Positions 8,277 through 17,934 of a stretch of 64,000 bases of DNA are shown piece by piece. Made by a program: the position numbers and the translations under genes. The stretch covers positions 1 to 64,000 of the IMG/VR virus record IMGVR_UViG_3300031718_000005; one strand, given 5' to 3'. Below the pieces are notes generated by a model. It was not told the origin of the DNA, did not search any database, and was given only the letters and a program-made list of their open reading frames with translations. This DNA is from a virus. Positions within the stretch are counted from its first letter, which is position 1. Each line of letters starts with the position of its first letter.

Positions 8277-10739
8277 ATGGAAGCTATAGCCCCAGCCCCT
8301 CCCGCACCATCGGTGGACGAATTAATCGCTCTGCTCGAAAATCCCGTCAAGGACGTGATGCGGACGGAAATGTCGGACGAAAACGACCCCGACCGCGTAT
8401 GGATACTGCGCAAGAACTTCAACAACTACATCTACTCCAGGGGCCTTCAGAATTACGCTTCGCTGCTGACCCAATCGATTCTGGCTCTGACCTCGCAGGG
8501 CGGTCCAGGTGTGGATTTAGGAGCGGACGAGGAGCCGACCGGACTCTACGACTACACCCAAAAGCACTATACCGGGTTCAAGCGCAAGTTTGTCGCTGTG
8601 ATCGGAAACCGGCTGGCGAACATGATCGCCGTGCCGAACAATTCCAACGACGAGGAAGGAGTTCGGGCAACACGCTCGGCAAACCCGGCTGCGCTTTACC
8701 TGAGACAGAAGTGCGATCTGGAATCGAAGTTTCTGGATCAGGCGGCACGCATCTTCGACTACGGGACAACGTTCTGGCATCTCGATTGGGTTGAGGATGG
8801 CGATAAGTACGGTTATCGCGACGAACCACAGCATCAAATTCAGCAGCAGCCCCTCGGAAACGCACGGTTCGATTGTCCGAACTGCGGAGCTAGTGTCCCG
8901 TCAGACGGTAACCCGCAAACTGCACCACCAGTTTGTCCGCAGTGCGGGACACAACTAGGCCCTCAGCACTTCGTTCCGCCTACGATGGTTCCGACTCCCG
9001 TACAGACCGGAACGAAGAAAGTCCCCAAGGGAGCGCTGGAGATCGACCTGAAAGACGCAAACGAAATCTCCGTGCCACTAGATTCGACTTGTGTTGACGA
9101 TTGCGATTGGCTCCGATGGGACCGCGAAGAACCAAAAGGGAAATTGCTTCGCAAGTACGGCAGAGACAAATTGAGCGACTTTGATGGTAACGATCAAGGG
9201 CATGATACGGTGTCATCGCAACTCGGAGAATTCATCCGATCTGCCATGGCCTCGCCGATTGGCTTAGTTCGGCCTAATCGTCCTAACCGATGGACATGTT
9301 CTGACATATGGTGGACGCCCAACCAATATGAATTGGTGCCAGACAAGACGGCCCGCGAAACGCTTAAATCCCAATTTTCAGATGGGGCCAGATTTTGTTT
9401 CGTCAAGGGAAAGTTGGTTGACCTGAAGGCTGAAAAACTTCAGGACCGCTGGCAGGAAACCAAACCTGAACCGGCCCCGCGAATCATGACCGACGCCTTA
9501 GGGGACGAATGGACGGAAACGACCGACATCGCCAACAACGTCATGAACCAGTGCGAGCAGAACGTGGCCCGGAGCAATTTGCCACTGTTCATGAACAGCA
9601 GCAAGGTCGATTCCGACGCTTGGGCTAATAGGAACACGCTTCCTGGCGATGCGTTCTTTATCCTGCCACGTGCTGGTCGTGCGCTATCGGACGAAATTCA
9701 TCAACCGCAGTCTTTGATGTTCTCCGAACAAGCCCCGCAATTTCGCGCCGGTGTAATTGAGGACGCGAAGTCCAATACCGGCCTGGTAGACGCTATCTGG
9801 GGCGGTGGTGAACCTGATCCCACGGCGCGTCAGACGTTGCTCAAAACCAATCAGGCTTTGATGCAGTTGGGAACGCACTGGACGCAGATCCGTAAGTCTC
9901 TTGAGAAACTGATGCTGAAGGCGTGTAAGTTGCTTTCCCAGTACTCCGAGGGAGTCATCGAGTTTTCCAAGAAAAACCAGTTTGGCAGATTTGACACGTT
10001 GAGTTTCACCACGGAAGACCTGAGAAGTGATTCCTATCATTTCGAAGCCGACGAAGCCATTCCGGTTAATTGGGGGCAGCAACGCGATCAGTTGATGTGG
10101 CTGTTAGGACAAATCGGCGAGAATCCGCAATTGGCGACAATGATGGGCTTGACCGATCCGTTCAACGTGTTCGAGTTCAAGCAACTGATCGGTATTCCAG
10201 GGATGCACACCCCGCAATTCGACGCCCGCGAGAAGTGCATGGATGTGATCGCCACTCTAATTTCCGACGTATCCGCTGGGCCAAATGGCGAGCGTCCCAA
10301 GCAACAAATGCAACCCGGACCTCCCGGCCCAGATGGTCAACCCGGCCCTCCGCAACCAACCGTACAGCCAGATTGGGAAGACGATCACGCTTTCTTCTCG
10401 ATGGCGGTGAAAGCGTACCTGTTGGACAATTCCGACTTGAAAACCAGCAGCCCTGACGCTTACGCCAATATTCAGGCTTATGGGCAGGCGCAAGACGCCA
10501 TGGCCAATCCGCCGCAACCTCCAGCGGAGCCTAAGAAGACCTTCTCGGTGTCACTAAAGGGTTCCGATGTTGGTGTTCAAGCCGTCCAGGACATGCTGAC
10601 TAAGGAAGGTATGCTAGACCCGAACACCCCAGTAGAATCGGATGCCGACAAGAAGTTAGCGCAGACAGATCAGATGAACCAACAGCAATTGGCCGCGCAA
10701 ACGGCTATGCCTGCCCCTAACGGTGCAGCGATTCAGTAG
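8277..10739 (+). CDS. portal protein (putative)
   Basis: 820 aa. First large gene after the terminase, followed by scaffold-like and capsid-like genes. Assigned by size and position, with no diagnostic motif seen. Confidence 0.65.
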   Translation: MEAIAPAPPAPSVDELIALLENPVKDVMRTEMSDENDPDRVWILRKNFNNYIYSRGLQNYASLLTQSILALTSQGGPGVDLGADEEPTGLYDYTQKHYTGFKRKFVAVIGNRLANMIAVPNNSNDEEGVRATRSANPAALYLRQKCDLESKFLDQAARIFDYGTTFWHLDWVEDGDKYGYRDEPQHQIQQQPLGNARFDCPNCGASVPSDGNPQTAPPVCPQCGTQLGPQHFVPPTMVPTPVQTGTKKVPKGALEIDLKDANEISVPLDSTCVDDCDWLRWDREEPKGKLLRKYGRDKLSDFDGNDQGHDTVSSQLGEFIRSAMASPIGLVRPNRPNRWTCSDIWWTPNQYELVPDKTARETLKSQFSDGARFCFVKGKLVDLKAEKLQDRWQETKPEPAPRIMTDALGDEWTETTDIANNVMNQCEQNVARSNLPLFMNSSKVDSDAWANRNTLPGDAFFILPRAGRALSDEIHQPQSLMFSEQAPQFRAGVIEDAKSNTGLVDAIWGGGEPDPTARQTLLKTNQALMQLGTHWTQIRKSLEKLMLKACKLLSQYSEGVIEFSKKNQFGRFDTLSFTTEDLRSDSYHFEADEAIPVNWGQQRDQLMWLLGQIGENPQLATMMGLTDPFNVFEFKQLIGIPGMHTPQFDAREKCMDVIATLISDVSAGPNGERPKQQMQPGPPGPDGQPGPPQPTVQPDWEDDHAFFSMAVKAYLLDNSDLKTSSPDAYANIQAYGQAQDAMANPPQPPAEPKKTFSVSLKGSDVGVQAVQDMLTKEGMLDPNTPVESDADKKLAQTDQMNQQQLAAQTAMPAPNGAAIQ

Positions 10740-10748
10740 AAAGGATTT

Positions 10749-12062
10749 ATGGAAACAGCATTAGCAACACCCGCAGCAGCAGAAGCGCCCGTCTCGGCAC
10801 CAGCGGAGACGATGGACAGCGCCCTTAACGATCTGGCGAACATGATGACCGGCACGGAGGAAACGCCTCCAGGCGAATCCCCTACCGCTCCACCGCCATC
10901 GGGCGAACCAGTTCCCGCGCATCCAGGCGGGGAAGGCCCAAGTTCGGAAGCCTCCCCCGCAGCGCAACCAACCGACGCTCCTGTCGAATACCAACTCTCC
11001 CCAGATGGCAATCACTACCTCGTGCCCAAGGATAAGATCGGCGATGTTGGGCAACTCCCGGCGGTGAGGGAATATTACGCCAAAGTCCAAGAGAAGTTTC
11101 CGACAGTGGGCGATGCTGAGGAAGCCTATAGCCGCGCCTCGCAGTTCGGCCTGATGAACACAGATTTCCTGTACGGCGATGATAACGGCATCGACAACTT
11201 TCTTGCTTACCTCACAGGCAAAGGGGTTGACCCGGCCTATCCCGATCTGGCGAACCAGTTCAAGGGCAGCTTCGTCAAGATGGCCCAGCGGATGCCCGAT
11301 ACCCTTCGTTCGGTAGATCCGCAGGCGCACTACAATTTCACCGATTCGCTCATCAAGCAGGAGATAGACGCTGCCTATTCTGCCGCCGCTGAATCAGGTA
11401 ACCCCGAGCATTTTAAGGCCGCGCAATGGCTGGATTACGGCTGGAACGGGAAATACCGCACCGAACTCGGTAAGCCCGATCCTGCCGCCCAGCAGACCAA
11501 TGTACTCACCCAGAGGGAGCAAGGCATACAACAGCGTGAATCGCAATTACTTGAACGAGATTGGACGGCTTTCAATTCATCGAAACTGGAAGGCGCGAAG
11601 TGGCAAGAGTTCAACGCCGAACTCGACCGAACCTTAGCCCCAGTCAAAGACAAGTACGACGCTACTATCTGGCCGCATGTGCGCGACGGAATCCGCCGTG
11701 ACGTATTGGCCAAGATGACCAAGAACGAAGCCTGGGCCGGTCAGCACTCCGGTTCTCTCCGTGGACTGAAGGCCACCTACGATCAACTCTGGAAAGCCGG
11801 TAAGTCTCCCGATGCGTTGACGACAAGTGCCAGAGCATATATCAACGATTTCATGATCCAAGCTCGCCGTGCGATACCCGAGGTATCCAAGGCATTACTC
11901 TCCAAGACTCCTCCCGCCAAGGCAGGAACTCCGCAGCAAGTCCCGGCAGCAACGGCGCGTCCTAACACGCCCGCCCGCGCTCCCAATGGGCAATTCGTAG
12001 AACAACAGAAAGCAGATTACGAAAAAGAGGTTGAAGCCACCGCCGGGATGCTCGGCTGGTAA
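10749..12062 (+). CDS. scaffolding-like protein (putative)
   Basis: 437 aa with a P/E/A-rich N-terminus followed by long helical sequence. Lies between the portal and capsid genes. Confidence 0.5.
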   Translation: METALATPAAAEAPVSAPAETMDSALNDLANMMTGTEETPPGESPTAPPPSGEPVPAHPGGEGPSSEASPAAQPTDAPVEYQLSPDGNHYLVPKDKIGDVGQLPAVREYYAKVQEKFPTVGDAEEAYSRASQFGLMNTDFLYGDDNGIDNFLAYLTGKGVDPAYPDLANQFKGSFVKMAQRMPDTLRSVDPQAHYNFTDSLIKQEIDAAYSAAAESGNPEHFKAAQWLDYGWNGKYRTELGKPDPAAQQTNVLTQREQGIQQRESQLLERDWTAFNSSKLEGAKWQEFNAELDRTLAPVKDKYDATIWPHVRDGIRRDVLAKMTKNEAWAGQHSGSLRGLKATYDQLWKAGKSPDALTTSARAYINDFMIQARRAIPEVSKALLSKTPPAKAGTPQQVPAATARPNTPARAPNGQFVEQQKADYEKEVEATAGMLGW

Positions 12063-12093
12063 ACCTCGCAATCTTCCCTATTAGGAGTCTCCT

Positions 12094-13455
12094 ATGGCTG
12101 TAGGCCAATTTTCTTCACAAGTTGCGGCAACGCAGCTAGAGCAAGTACGCAAACAGTTTGCGAAACTGCTCGCCATGAACGAATCCAAGTTCATGAAAAT
12201 GTTTGTGTCCGCTTCCGAGAAACACCAAGTCTCGGCATGGACGGCGGGCACTGTCGGTTCCGGCGGCGTCGTCGCATGGCGCATTCCGGTACTCGTATCC
12301 ATCGGCGGCGATTATCAGGCAGTCTCTTTGGACGCTGGCGACCTCGGTGCCGGTTCGATGATGAACACCAACTTCATGACCGTTGGTTATTTCGCCAACG
12401 ACTTGGCGTACGCTATTCCCGCACTGGCGGCAATGGCTACCAAGAACGCCACCCAGGCCATGAACAACACCCTGAAGTTCTCGTTGGGCAACGCCTTCAA
12501 GGAAATGGCGCTGTACAACGAAATAGGGTTCTTCCAGGATTCGACCGGAGTCTTGGCAACCGCCAATGGAACAGGTTCTCCGACCGTTGCGGCAGGCAAG
12601 GTAACGTACAACCTAGAACCTTCCAACTTCAGTTTCAATCGCCTTCGTTCCACCGGAGCACTGGTAGACGTTTACGATTCGACCAACACCCAGCGTCAAT
12701 TGAGTTCCCGTATCCTGAGCACTAACCTGTCGCTCACGGCTCCCACGGTAACTCTCACCGTAACCGGCACCCCCACGGTCGCCAACACCGATCAAATCGC
12801 CTTCGCCGGAATGGGCGGAACAATCGGCACCTCGACCATCGCCGCAGGTTCCTGGAGAAACGGCCTCTACACCTTCTCCACCACCAGCTCGAGTGGCAAC
12901 CTGCTCGGCCTTCCTTACTCCTCGGTCAGCGAACTGATCTGCTGCCAGGTGAACGGAAACAACGGCTTCTACACTCCCTCCATCGTCTTCAGCGGTGCGG
13001 CCCAATTACGGCAACGGCGCGACGAAGAAGCGCTCTCAGGCGTAGTCGGAGTAGGAAGCTTCGCACAGCGCGTCTCCTGGTACCTCCAGGGACTCACCAT
13101 CGCCAACCAACACCTTCGTCCAGGTGAAGCGGCAAGCTCGCTCGATCTGGCAGGCCAGGGTCTCAAGTACACCGACACCTGGGAAGCAGGCGACGTAACT
13201 CATCACGTCTCGCGCTACGCCAACAAATCCAGAGTAGACTGGGTCATCCCTAAGAACTACGGCTGGGTCCAACTCGACGACATCGACTTCTTCAAAACCC
13301 CCGAGGGCCAGAAGATTTTCGTGGGCCGCGTTGCTTCCACCGGGAATCCGGCGGCGGGGTTCCAATTCTACATTTTGAACAGTAGAAATTTGTACTGTGT
13401 AGATCCCGGAAGTAACGTGAACTACACGGCGCTAGCAATTCCTTCAGGCCAATAG
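12094..13455 (+). CDS. major capsid protein (putative)
   Basis: 453 aa. AGGAG lies upstream. The position fits, and the segment NTLKFSLGNAFKEMALYNEIGFFQDSTGVLA resembles the HK97-fold spine-helix/G-loop region. A hairpin follows the gene. Confidence 0.55.
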   Translation: MAVGQFSSQVAATQLEQVRKQFAKLLAMNESKFMKMFVSASEKHQVSAWTAGTVGSGGVVAWRIPVLVSIGGDYQAVSLDAGDLGAGSMMNTNFMTVGYFANDLAYAIPALAAMATKNATQAMNNTLKFSLGNAFKEMALYNEIGFFQDSTGVLATANGTGSPTVAAGKVTYNLEPSNFSFNRLRSTGALVDVYDSTNTQRQLSSRILSTNLSLTAPTVTLTVTGTPTVANTDQIAFAGMGGTIGTSTIAAGSWRNGLYTFSTTSSSGNLLGLPYSSVSELICCQVNGNNGFYTPSIVFSGAAQLRQRRDEEALSGVVGVGSFAQRVSWYLQGLTIANQHLRPGEAASSLDLAGQGLKYTDTWEAGDVTHHVSRYANKSRVDWVIPKNYGWVQLDDIDFFKTPEGQKIFVGRVASTGNPAAGFQFYILNSRNLYCVDPGSNVNYTALAIPSGQ

Positions 13456-13483
13456 AATCAACAACATGGAACACTGTTTGTCT

Positions 13484-13538
13484 CTTGACTGCGTTGGTCC
13501 ACAAGGCAAGAATAGCATTGTGCCCCAGCGCAGTCAAG
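13484..13538. terminator. hairpin between convergent genes
   Basis: CTTGACTGCG (13484-13493) pairs perfectly with CGCAGTCAAG (13529-13538). Lies between the capsid stop and the HNH stop. Confidence 0.45.
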
Positions 13539-13549
13539 GCAAATAAGTT

Positions 13550-14101
13550 CTAAACAGACTTTGGTATGTGTTTCCACGTGATCCGATGAACAGCGAAAAA
13601 TATCGCCGTCGTGTTAACGTTTTTCGAGAGAGCTATGGATCTCATGCTCTCCCTAGCTGCGTGGCGGCGGTCGATGTCCGGGATGTCTTGGGCGGTTAGC
13701 TTCGATTGTGGGAGCTTTTCTCCCCTCGCGGTTCTGCCTTTGGCGTGCCGGTCAGCGTTGTTCGTAACGCGCATTGCGCCTAGGAAAAAGTGGTGCGGAT
13801 TGCAGCATTGCCGGTTATCGCAGCGATGGCAAATGTCGCATGGATACGGGTCGCCTCCGTAGAACAGACGGAAAGCGAGCCGTGAAGCACGTACCGCTCG
13901 TAGTTCGGAATTGAGACCAAACTGCCCATAGCGGGATTTTATGTTTAGACTTGCAAGCCACGGCCAACACTCATCTTCGCCACGAATGTCAACGTATGAC
14001 CAAAACCTGTCAGCTTGTGCTTGGGTGATGATCGCTGGTAGGCGAATAGTTCTACCGCTGTGGGTAACTCGTCTGTTAGGTGTAGAATTGTTCTCAGGCA
14101 T
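13550..14101 (-). CDS. HNH homing-type endonuclease
   Basis: CWPW...YGQF...RASRLAFRLF...CHRCDNRQCCNPHHFFLG..NN matches the HNH_3-type pattern. The ATG at 14101 has AGGAGAG upstream. The ORF track begins at a TTG at 14137. Confidence 0.85.
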   Translation of the reverse strand: MPENNSTPNRRVTHSGRTIRLPAIITQAQADRFWSYVDIRGEDECWPWLASLNIKSRYGQFGLNSELRAVRASRLAFRLFYGGDPYPCDICHRCDNRQCCNPHHFFLGAMRVTNNADRHAKGRTARGEKLPQSKLTAQDIPDIDRRHAARESMRSIALSKNVNTTAIFFAVHRITWKHIPKSV

Positions 14102-14201
14102 ATCAGCCCTCTCCTGTAGGGCATTGCTTAGAGCCAATAGAGGCGTGTCTGCGCTTCATTGGCTCGTATCAATTGTAGTTCTAAACACTACCGTTTGCAA
14201 G

Positions 14202-14399
14202 CTATTTGTTGTACAGGTTCCGCTCGTCCTTGGGTGCAGTGTTTTGCATTCCTTCGTACTGCCGTCGCAGCCACTCGCAGCCCTCGATATGTTTAGCGAT
14301 GCCATTCAGCGCAGCGTCACAGACCGGGCAACGCGCTTGTTGCGTCATTCGTGCGTACCAGAGTTCAGTTTCCGAAAGAGGGCGGTCTTCACTTGCCAT
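14202..14399 (-). CDS. small Cys/His protein
   Basis: 65 aa with CPVC ... HIEGC. Confidence 0.45.
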   Translation of the reverse strand: MASEDRPLSETELWYARMTQQARCPVCDAALNGIAKHIEGCEWLRRQYEGMQNTAPKDERNLYNK

Positions 14400-14568
14400 G
14401 GCTGATTCCGATCTTCTGCTCGATGGCGCTCAGTCGCGATTCGATGTGAGCTTCAATGTCGATCAGGCGCAAAGAAATGTTGATCAGTAGTCCAATGATC
14501 CCGCCGACGACCAACATCGCGAATGTGCGCACGGACATCCCAGCTTGTTTAGGCTTATTTTCGGGCAT
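14389..14568 (-). CDS. small single-TM protein (59 aa)
   Basis: Hand-translated MPENKPKQAGMSVRTFAMLVVGGIIGLLINI... Overlaps the next gene by 11 nt. Confidence 0.35.
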   Translation of the reverse strand: MPENKPKQAGMSVRTFAMLVVGGIIGLLINISLRLIDIEAHIESRLSAIEQKIGISHGK

Positions 14569-14724
14569 CTACTTTACTCCTTTGCGCGGTATCTGTCGTA
14601 GCCAGATGAGCCACTGCAAACCTTCTGGAGTCTTGCTAGGCAGAAACCACAAAATCAAATGCACAAGTTCCACGCAGATGCAAAAGCGTAGTTCCGTTAG
14701 GATGGTACGATTGTTGTCAGGCAT
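14569..14724 (-). CDS. small hypothetical protein (51 aa), possible remnant
   Basis: Starts MPDNNRT. Its RBS and first 5 codons are near-identical to the HNH gene start. Confidence 0.3.
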   Translation of the reverse strand: MPDNNRTILTELRFCICVELVHLILWFLPSKTPEGLQWLIWLRQIPRKGVK

Positions 14725-14840
14725 GCTAGCCGTCTCCTTTACGGCAATCTTGCTCAGGGCCGGTCGTGGGTTGCTCACTCCGCGACCGGTTCGTCCCATC
14801 TTACACCAAAGTCCGTTCGTTGTGTTCCTTCATTCCTCCA

Positions 14841-14870
14841 CGGGGCGGCTTCTCTGCCCCGCCTTTTTCT
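14841..14870 (+). terminator. intrinsic-terminator-like hairpin
   Basis: CGGGGC-9 nt-GCCCCG followed by CCTTTTTCT. Ends 9 nt before the ATG at 14879. Confidence 0.45.
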
Positions 14871-14878
14871 GAGGTTCT

Positions 14879-15595
14879 ATGCGCTGGTCCGTTAAAGCAC
14901 TAAACGATCTCTTGGCCCAGGAGATGGGCCGCAACATCTACGGAGAACCGATCTTCCGTTGGGAGTGGTCAGAGACGTTGTTCTGGCCTGCCACGGCCAC
15001 CGGTCGCCTCGTTGATACTCCGGTCACCGGCTATCTGATCGGCGGCGGCATCGACAAGATCATGGTGCCGAAACCGGAGTACAAGCGGTCGCGGATGTGC
15101 ATCAACCATCGTAATCAGTGGGTGGTGACCAAATGGCTGAACCCGGCGGAACTGGTTGGGCTGGTATTGGACTACCGCCATGGCGACATGCCGCGAGAGA
15201 TCGACTACCCACGCGAGATGATTCTTGACCGCTGGCTCAGGAGATTTCCGGGGGCCGATTATCCAGAGCGTGGATTGCATGTCATCACGGACTACTACTG
15301 TAAACCGGGGATGACGCCGTTCTACGAGGACACCAAGTTTTTGATCGCTCAGTTACGCGAACAGCGTTCCGGTATGAATTTCGGCGAACGTCAACGAGAC
15401 ATGCTGGAAGACCGCCAAGCCAAGCTGGACCGTACTCAGCGTCTTACCGAGGACATCGTGGAAGACTGTTTCACGGCGTACCTCAATCCCGAACCAGGAT
15501 CGCGTGGTTACTTCGTCAACTTCCCCGATCCCAAAGCCAAACCGACTTTAGATTTTACCAGCATCAAGTCAGAGCCTATTCAAAAGGAGCAATAA
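14879..15595 (+). CDS. hypothetical virion-module protein
   Basis: 238 aa. First plus-strand gene after the island. GAGG lies upstream. Confidence 0.6.
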   Translation: MRWSVKALNDLLAQEMGRNIYGEPIFRWEWSETLFWPATATGRLVDTPVTGYLIGGGIDKIMVPKPEYKRSRMCINHRNQWVVTKWLNPAELVGLVLDYRHGDMPREIDYPREMILDRWLRRFPGADYPERGLHVITDYYCKPGMTPFYEDTKFLIAQLREQRSGMNFGERQRDMLEDRQAKLDRTQRLTEDIVEDCFTAYLNPEPGSRGYFVNFPDPKAKPTLDFTSIKSEPIQKEQ

Positions 15596-15598
15596 CCC

Positions 15599-16270
15599 AT
15601 GGGTCAATTCAAACCCAATTCCCTGTACATCGCTTCCATCTACCCCGGCAGACGCGAACGCATCATTAAGCCTTTTGGTCCGACGATGCACCGCTCGGAT
15701 GGAACCTCGACCTCGTTCGAGTTGAAGCCGGTAAAGAAGGGCGGAAAGCCTTACGTGATCGAAGTGCCGGACATGTTCCAGCACTCCAAAGATCCGCTGA
15801 AGACGGCGAATCAAGGGAAACAGGCGTTCTCGCTTGATCCGGTGCCTTGCGAGGAGATCGCGGCGGAACTGGTGAGAGTGTGGGGCGAGAACATTCCCGA
15901 TCTGCCGTTTGGGGCGGGTCCCGGCATCATGATTCTGATCGGCACGACGCCGCAGCAACACGAAGTCGAAACCATGAAGGCCATGCTTCAAGCGTACTGC
16001 GAGCACTATTTCCTCGATGGAGAACGCATCGCCCGCGACGTGGGAATGCACGGCATCAACGCCGAGCACAAGCTCGCGGCGGATTATCTGGAACGTCCGC
16101 GCAATTGGTCGCATCCCGGACGCGCGTTGGAGATGATCCCCTGCCCGCTGTGTAAGAAGGCGATTGCGGCGGATTCGATCATCTGCGGCGAATGCGGCAC
16201 CAGACTGAAGGAAGTTCCCAAGCAGTATGCAGATTTGAATCCACAACTGGCCCAGCCGGTGGAGGCGTAA
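15599..16270 (+). CDS. hypothetical protein with a C-terminal zinc ribbon
   Basis: 223 aa with CPLC ... CGEC near the C-terminus. The full-length antisense ORF 15569-16273 was rejected. Confidence 0.6.
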   Translation: MGQFKPNSLYIASIYPGRRERIIKPFGPTMHRSDGTSTSFELKPVKKGGKPYVIEVPDMFQHSKDPLKTANQGKQAFSLDPVPCEEIAAELVRVWGENIPDLPFGAGPGIMILIGTTPQQHEVETMKAMLQAYCEHYFLDGERIARDVGMHGINAEHKLAADYLERPRNWSHPGRALEMIPCPLCKKAIAADSIICGECGTRLKEVPKQYADLNPQLAQPVEA

Positions 16271-16271
16271 C

Positions 16272-16655
16272 ATGCAATGTCCACTTTGTACTCATCCCAG
16301 TTCCGCGCACCTCAAGCCGCACATGAGCACCATGATGCAGGACGGCGTGCGCGTCTACAAATGCGGCGGCTGCGGGTATGTTCAGCCGGTCGATGAAGCA
16401 CCGACGCCGGATCTTGGCGAGCAGGCGGCGGCTAAATTGGATGAGCCGTCCGTCGAAAGCATAGAAACAAACAGGCTGCTCTATCACTCTGAACGAGCTA
16501 TGAAGGAAGCTCTGTACAAAAGGGTGGAGCAGCTGGAAAAAGACAATGCCGCCATGAGCAACATCATTGCTGGGATGGACAAGCCCGCGTCCCCACCTCC
16601 TGCGGAAGAACCGCCAGCACCAGAACAACCGCCAACGTCGGCCCCACAAACTTAG
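16272..16655 (+). CDS. zinc-ribbon / coiled-coil protein
   Basis: CPLC ... CGGCG, followed by a helical segment and a P-rich tail. Confidence 0.5.
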   Translation: MQCPLCTHPSSAHLKPHMSTMMQDGVRVYKCGGCGYVQPVDEAPTPDLGEQAAAKLDEPSVESIETNRLLYHSERAMKEALYKRVEQLEKDNAAMSNIIAGMDKPASPPPAEEPPAPEQPPTSAPQT

Positions 16656-16903
16656 TGATGTATCACGATCCAGAGCAAATCAAGCGGTGCGTAGAGAGCG
16701 GTGATATCAACTTCAACGGCTCTGTTGTTGATCTTGCCGGTCTAGAGCTTATCTGGACGGTTCTATCGCAACGCGGCGAAATCACGATACTGGGTGTCGG
16801 GGGTGTTATTCCGCTAACGATGCTCGGTGCGTATTTGATCGGGATCGTCAAGGACGCTCCAGAAATACAGAAGATGCTTCGGGAACACTTCCCAGAAACC
16901 TAG
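16655..16903 (+). CDS. hypothetical protein
   Basis: 82 aa, tightly packed with its neighbours. Confidence 0.5.
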   Translation: MMYHDPEQIKRCVESGDINFNGSVVDLAGLELIWTVLSQRGEITILGVGGVIPLTMLGAYLIGIVKDAPEIQKMLREHFPET

Positions 16904-17869
16904 ATGGCGCTCGCGACCCTACAGATGGCATACGATACCGCTCGTGGCTATCTCCACGACACCCAAGTACCTGGCGGCGAGACGGCAACCAATGCCGCGC
17001 TCGCTACCCACTTTGGAGAAGCGTGGCGCAGAATGTGGCGGGCGCTGGCGCAGAACTCCAAGCGGGCGCAGAAGTTTGTCTATATCAATTTCCCGGCGGA
17101 TACCACGGTCCTGATCCCGTCAACGTACAACATGACCGACTTCGCCGAGCCGGAGTTGATTGAAGAACGACTGGCAACGGCATCACTTCCTATCGTTTCT
17201 TCCGACACGTCTACTCCGATCCGGCTAACAATCACCGCCCATGGCTTGGGCGCTAACGGCGTGATCGGTGGACCGGCCATGGTTTCCGGAATTGCGAACA
17301 CAACCGCTCCCTGGGGGCAGTGGTTCTACACCATCATCGACGCGAACACGATCTCGCTCAACGGTTCGGTGTCGGATGGAATCGTCGGAGGTTCAGGGGG
17401 AATATTCAGCCTTTCAAGTACGAACCGATGGACGGAAGTTTTACCCGCTGATCTAGCAGGACAGTGTATCGACGGAAACATTCAGCAGGTCTTGGGTTGC
17501 TATCTCTGGCAGAACGAGCAGTTGATTTTTCGCGGCTCGAACAACGTCCAGCAATTACGCATCACCTATTGGTCGAGTGGATCTCCTCCGACGCTCGTGA
17601 ACGCCAACCTGGGGATTGACGACTGTATCGACTTCGTGGCTTGTGTCACAGCGGCCAACTTCGCCAATGCCCAAGGATGGACGGTTATGGCCGATCGGCT
17701 GAACACCAAGGCATTCGGATCTTCGGAGCAACCGGATGAACCCGGCGGATTGCTTTTGGAATTCTTGAATCTTCAGGTCAAGACCCAACAGAGAGGTCCA
17801 CAGCGCAGAAGGGGACCGTTCCGCACGATTAGGCATCGCTGGGGAACGAGCGGCGTTTACGGCCAATGA
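16904..17869 (+). CDS. virion structural protein (putative)
   Basis: 321 aa. Contains a copy of the recurring ~65-aa beta domain (TITAHGLGANG...FYTIIDANTISL...GGSGG). Confidence 0.6.
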   Translation: MALATLQMAYDTARGYLHDTQVPGGETATNAALATHFGEAWRRMWRALAQNSKRAQKFVYINFPADTTVLIPSTYNMTDFAEPELIEERLATASLPIVSSDTSTPIRLTITAHGLGANGVIGGPAMVSGIANTTAPWGQWFYTIIDANTISLNGSVSDGIVGGSGGIFSLSSTNRWTEVLPADLAGQCIDGNIQQVLGCYLWQNEQLIFRGSNNVQQLRITYWSSGSPPTLVNANLGIDDCIDFVACVTAANFANAQGWTVMADRLNTKAFGSSEQPDEPGGLLLEFLNLQVKTQQRGPQRRRGPFRTIRHRWGTSGVYGQ

Positions 17870-17934
17870 TTTTCGTTAGTGGGGCTACGGCCCTAAAAGA
17901 ACACCACGCCTTTTAAGGCAAAAGGAGCAACACC

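Larger units (their letters stand above)
13539..14840 (-). mobile_element. minus-strand HNH endonuclease island inside the late operon
   Basis: Four minus-strand ORFs interrupt an otherwise all-plus structural block. Includes an HNH gene and a duplicated 5' cassette. Bracketed by hairpins. Confidence 0.45.

Noticed and set aside
15569-16273. Long antisense ORFs opposite real genes: 15569-16273, 33393-34160, 36524-37117, 29822-30391, 10761-11330, 24443-24973, 40418-40996 and 16179-16649.
   Set aside because: Each mirrors a plus-strand gene that has recognisable domains or operon coupling. Their translations are R/L/G/S-rich with no motifs. This is typical of shadow ORFs in GC-rich coding DNA.
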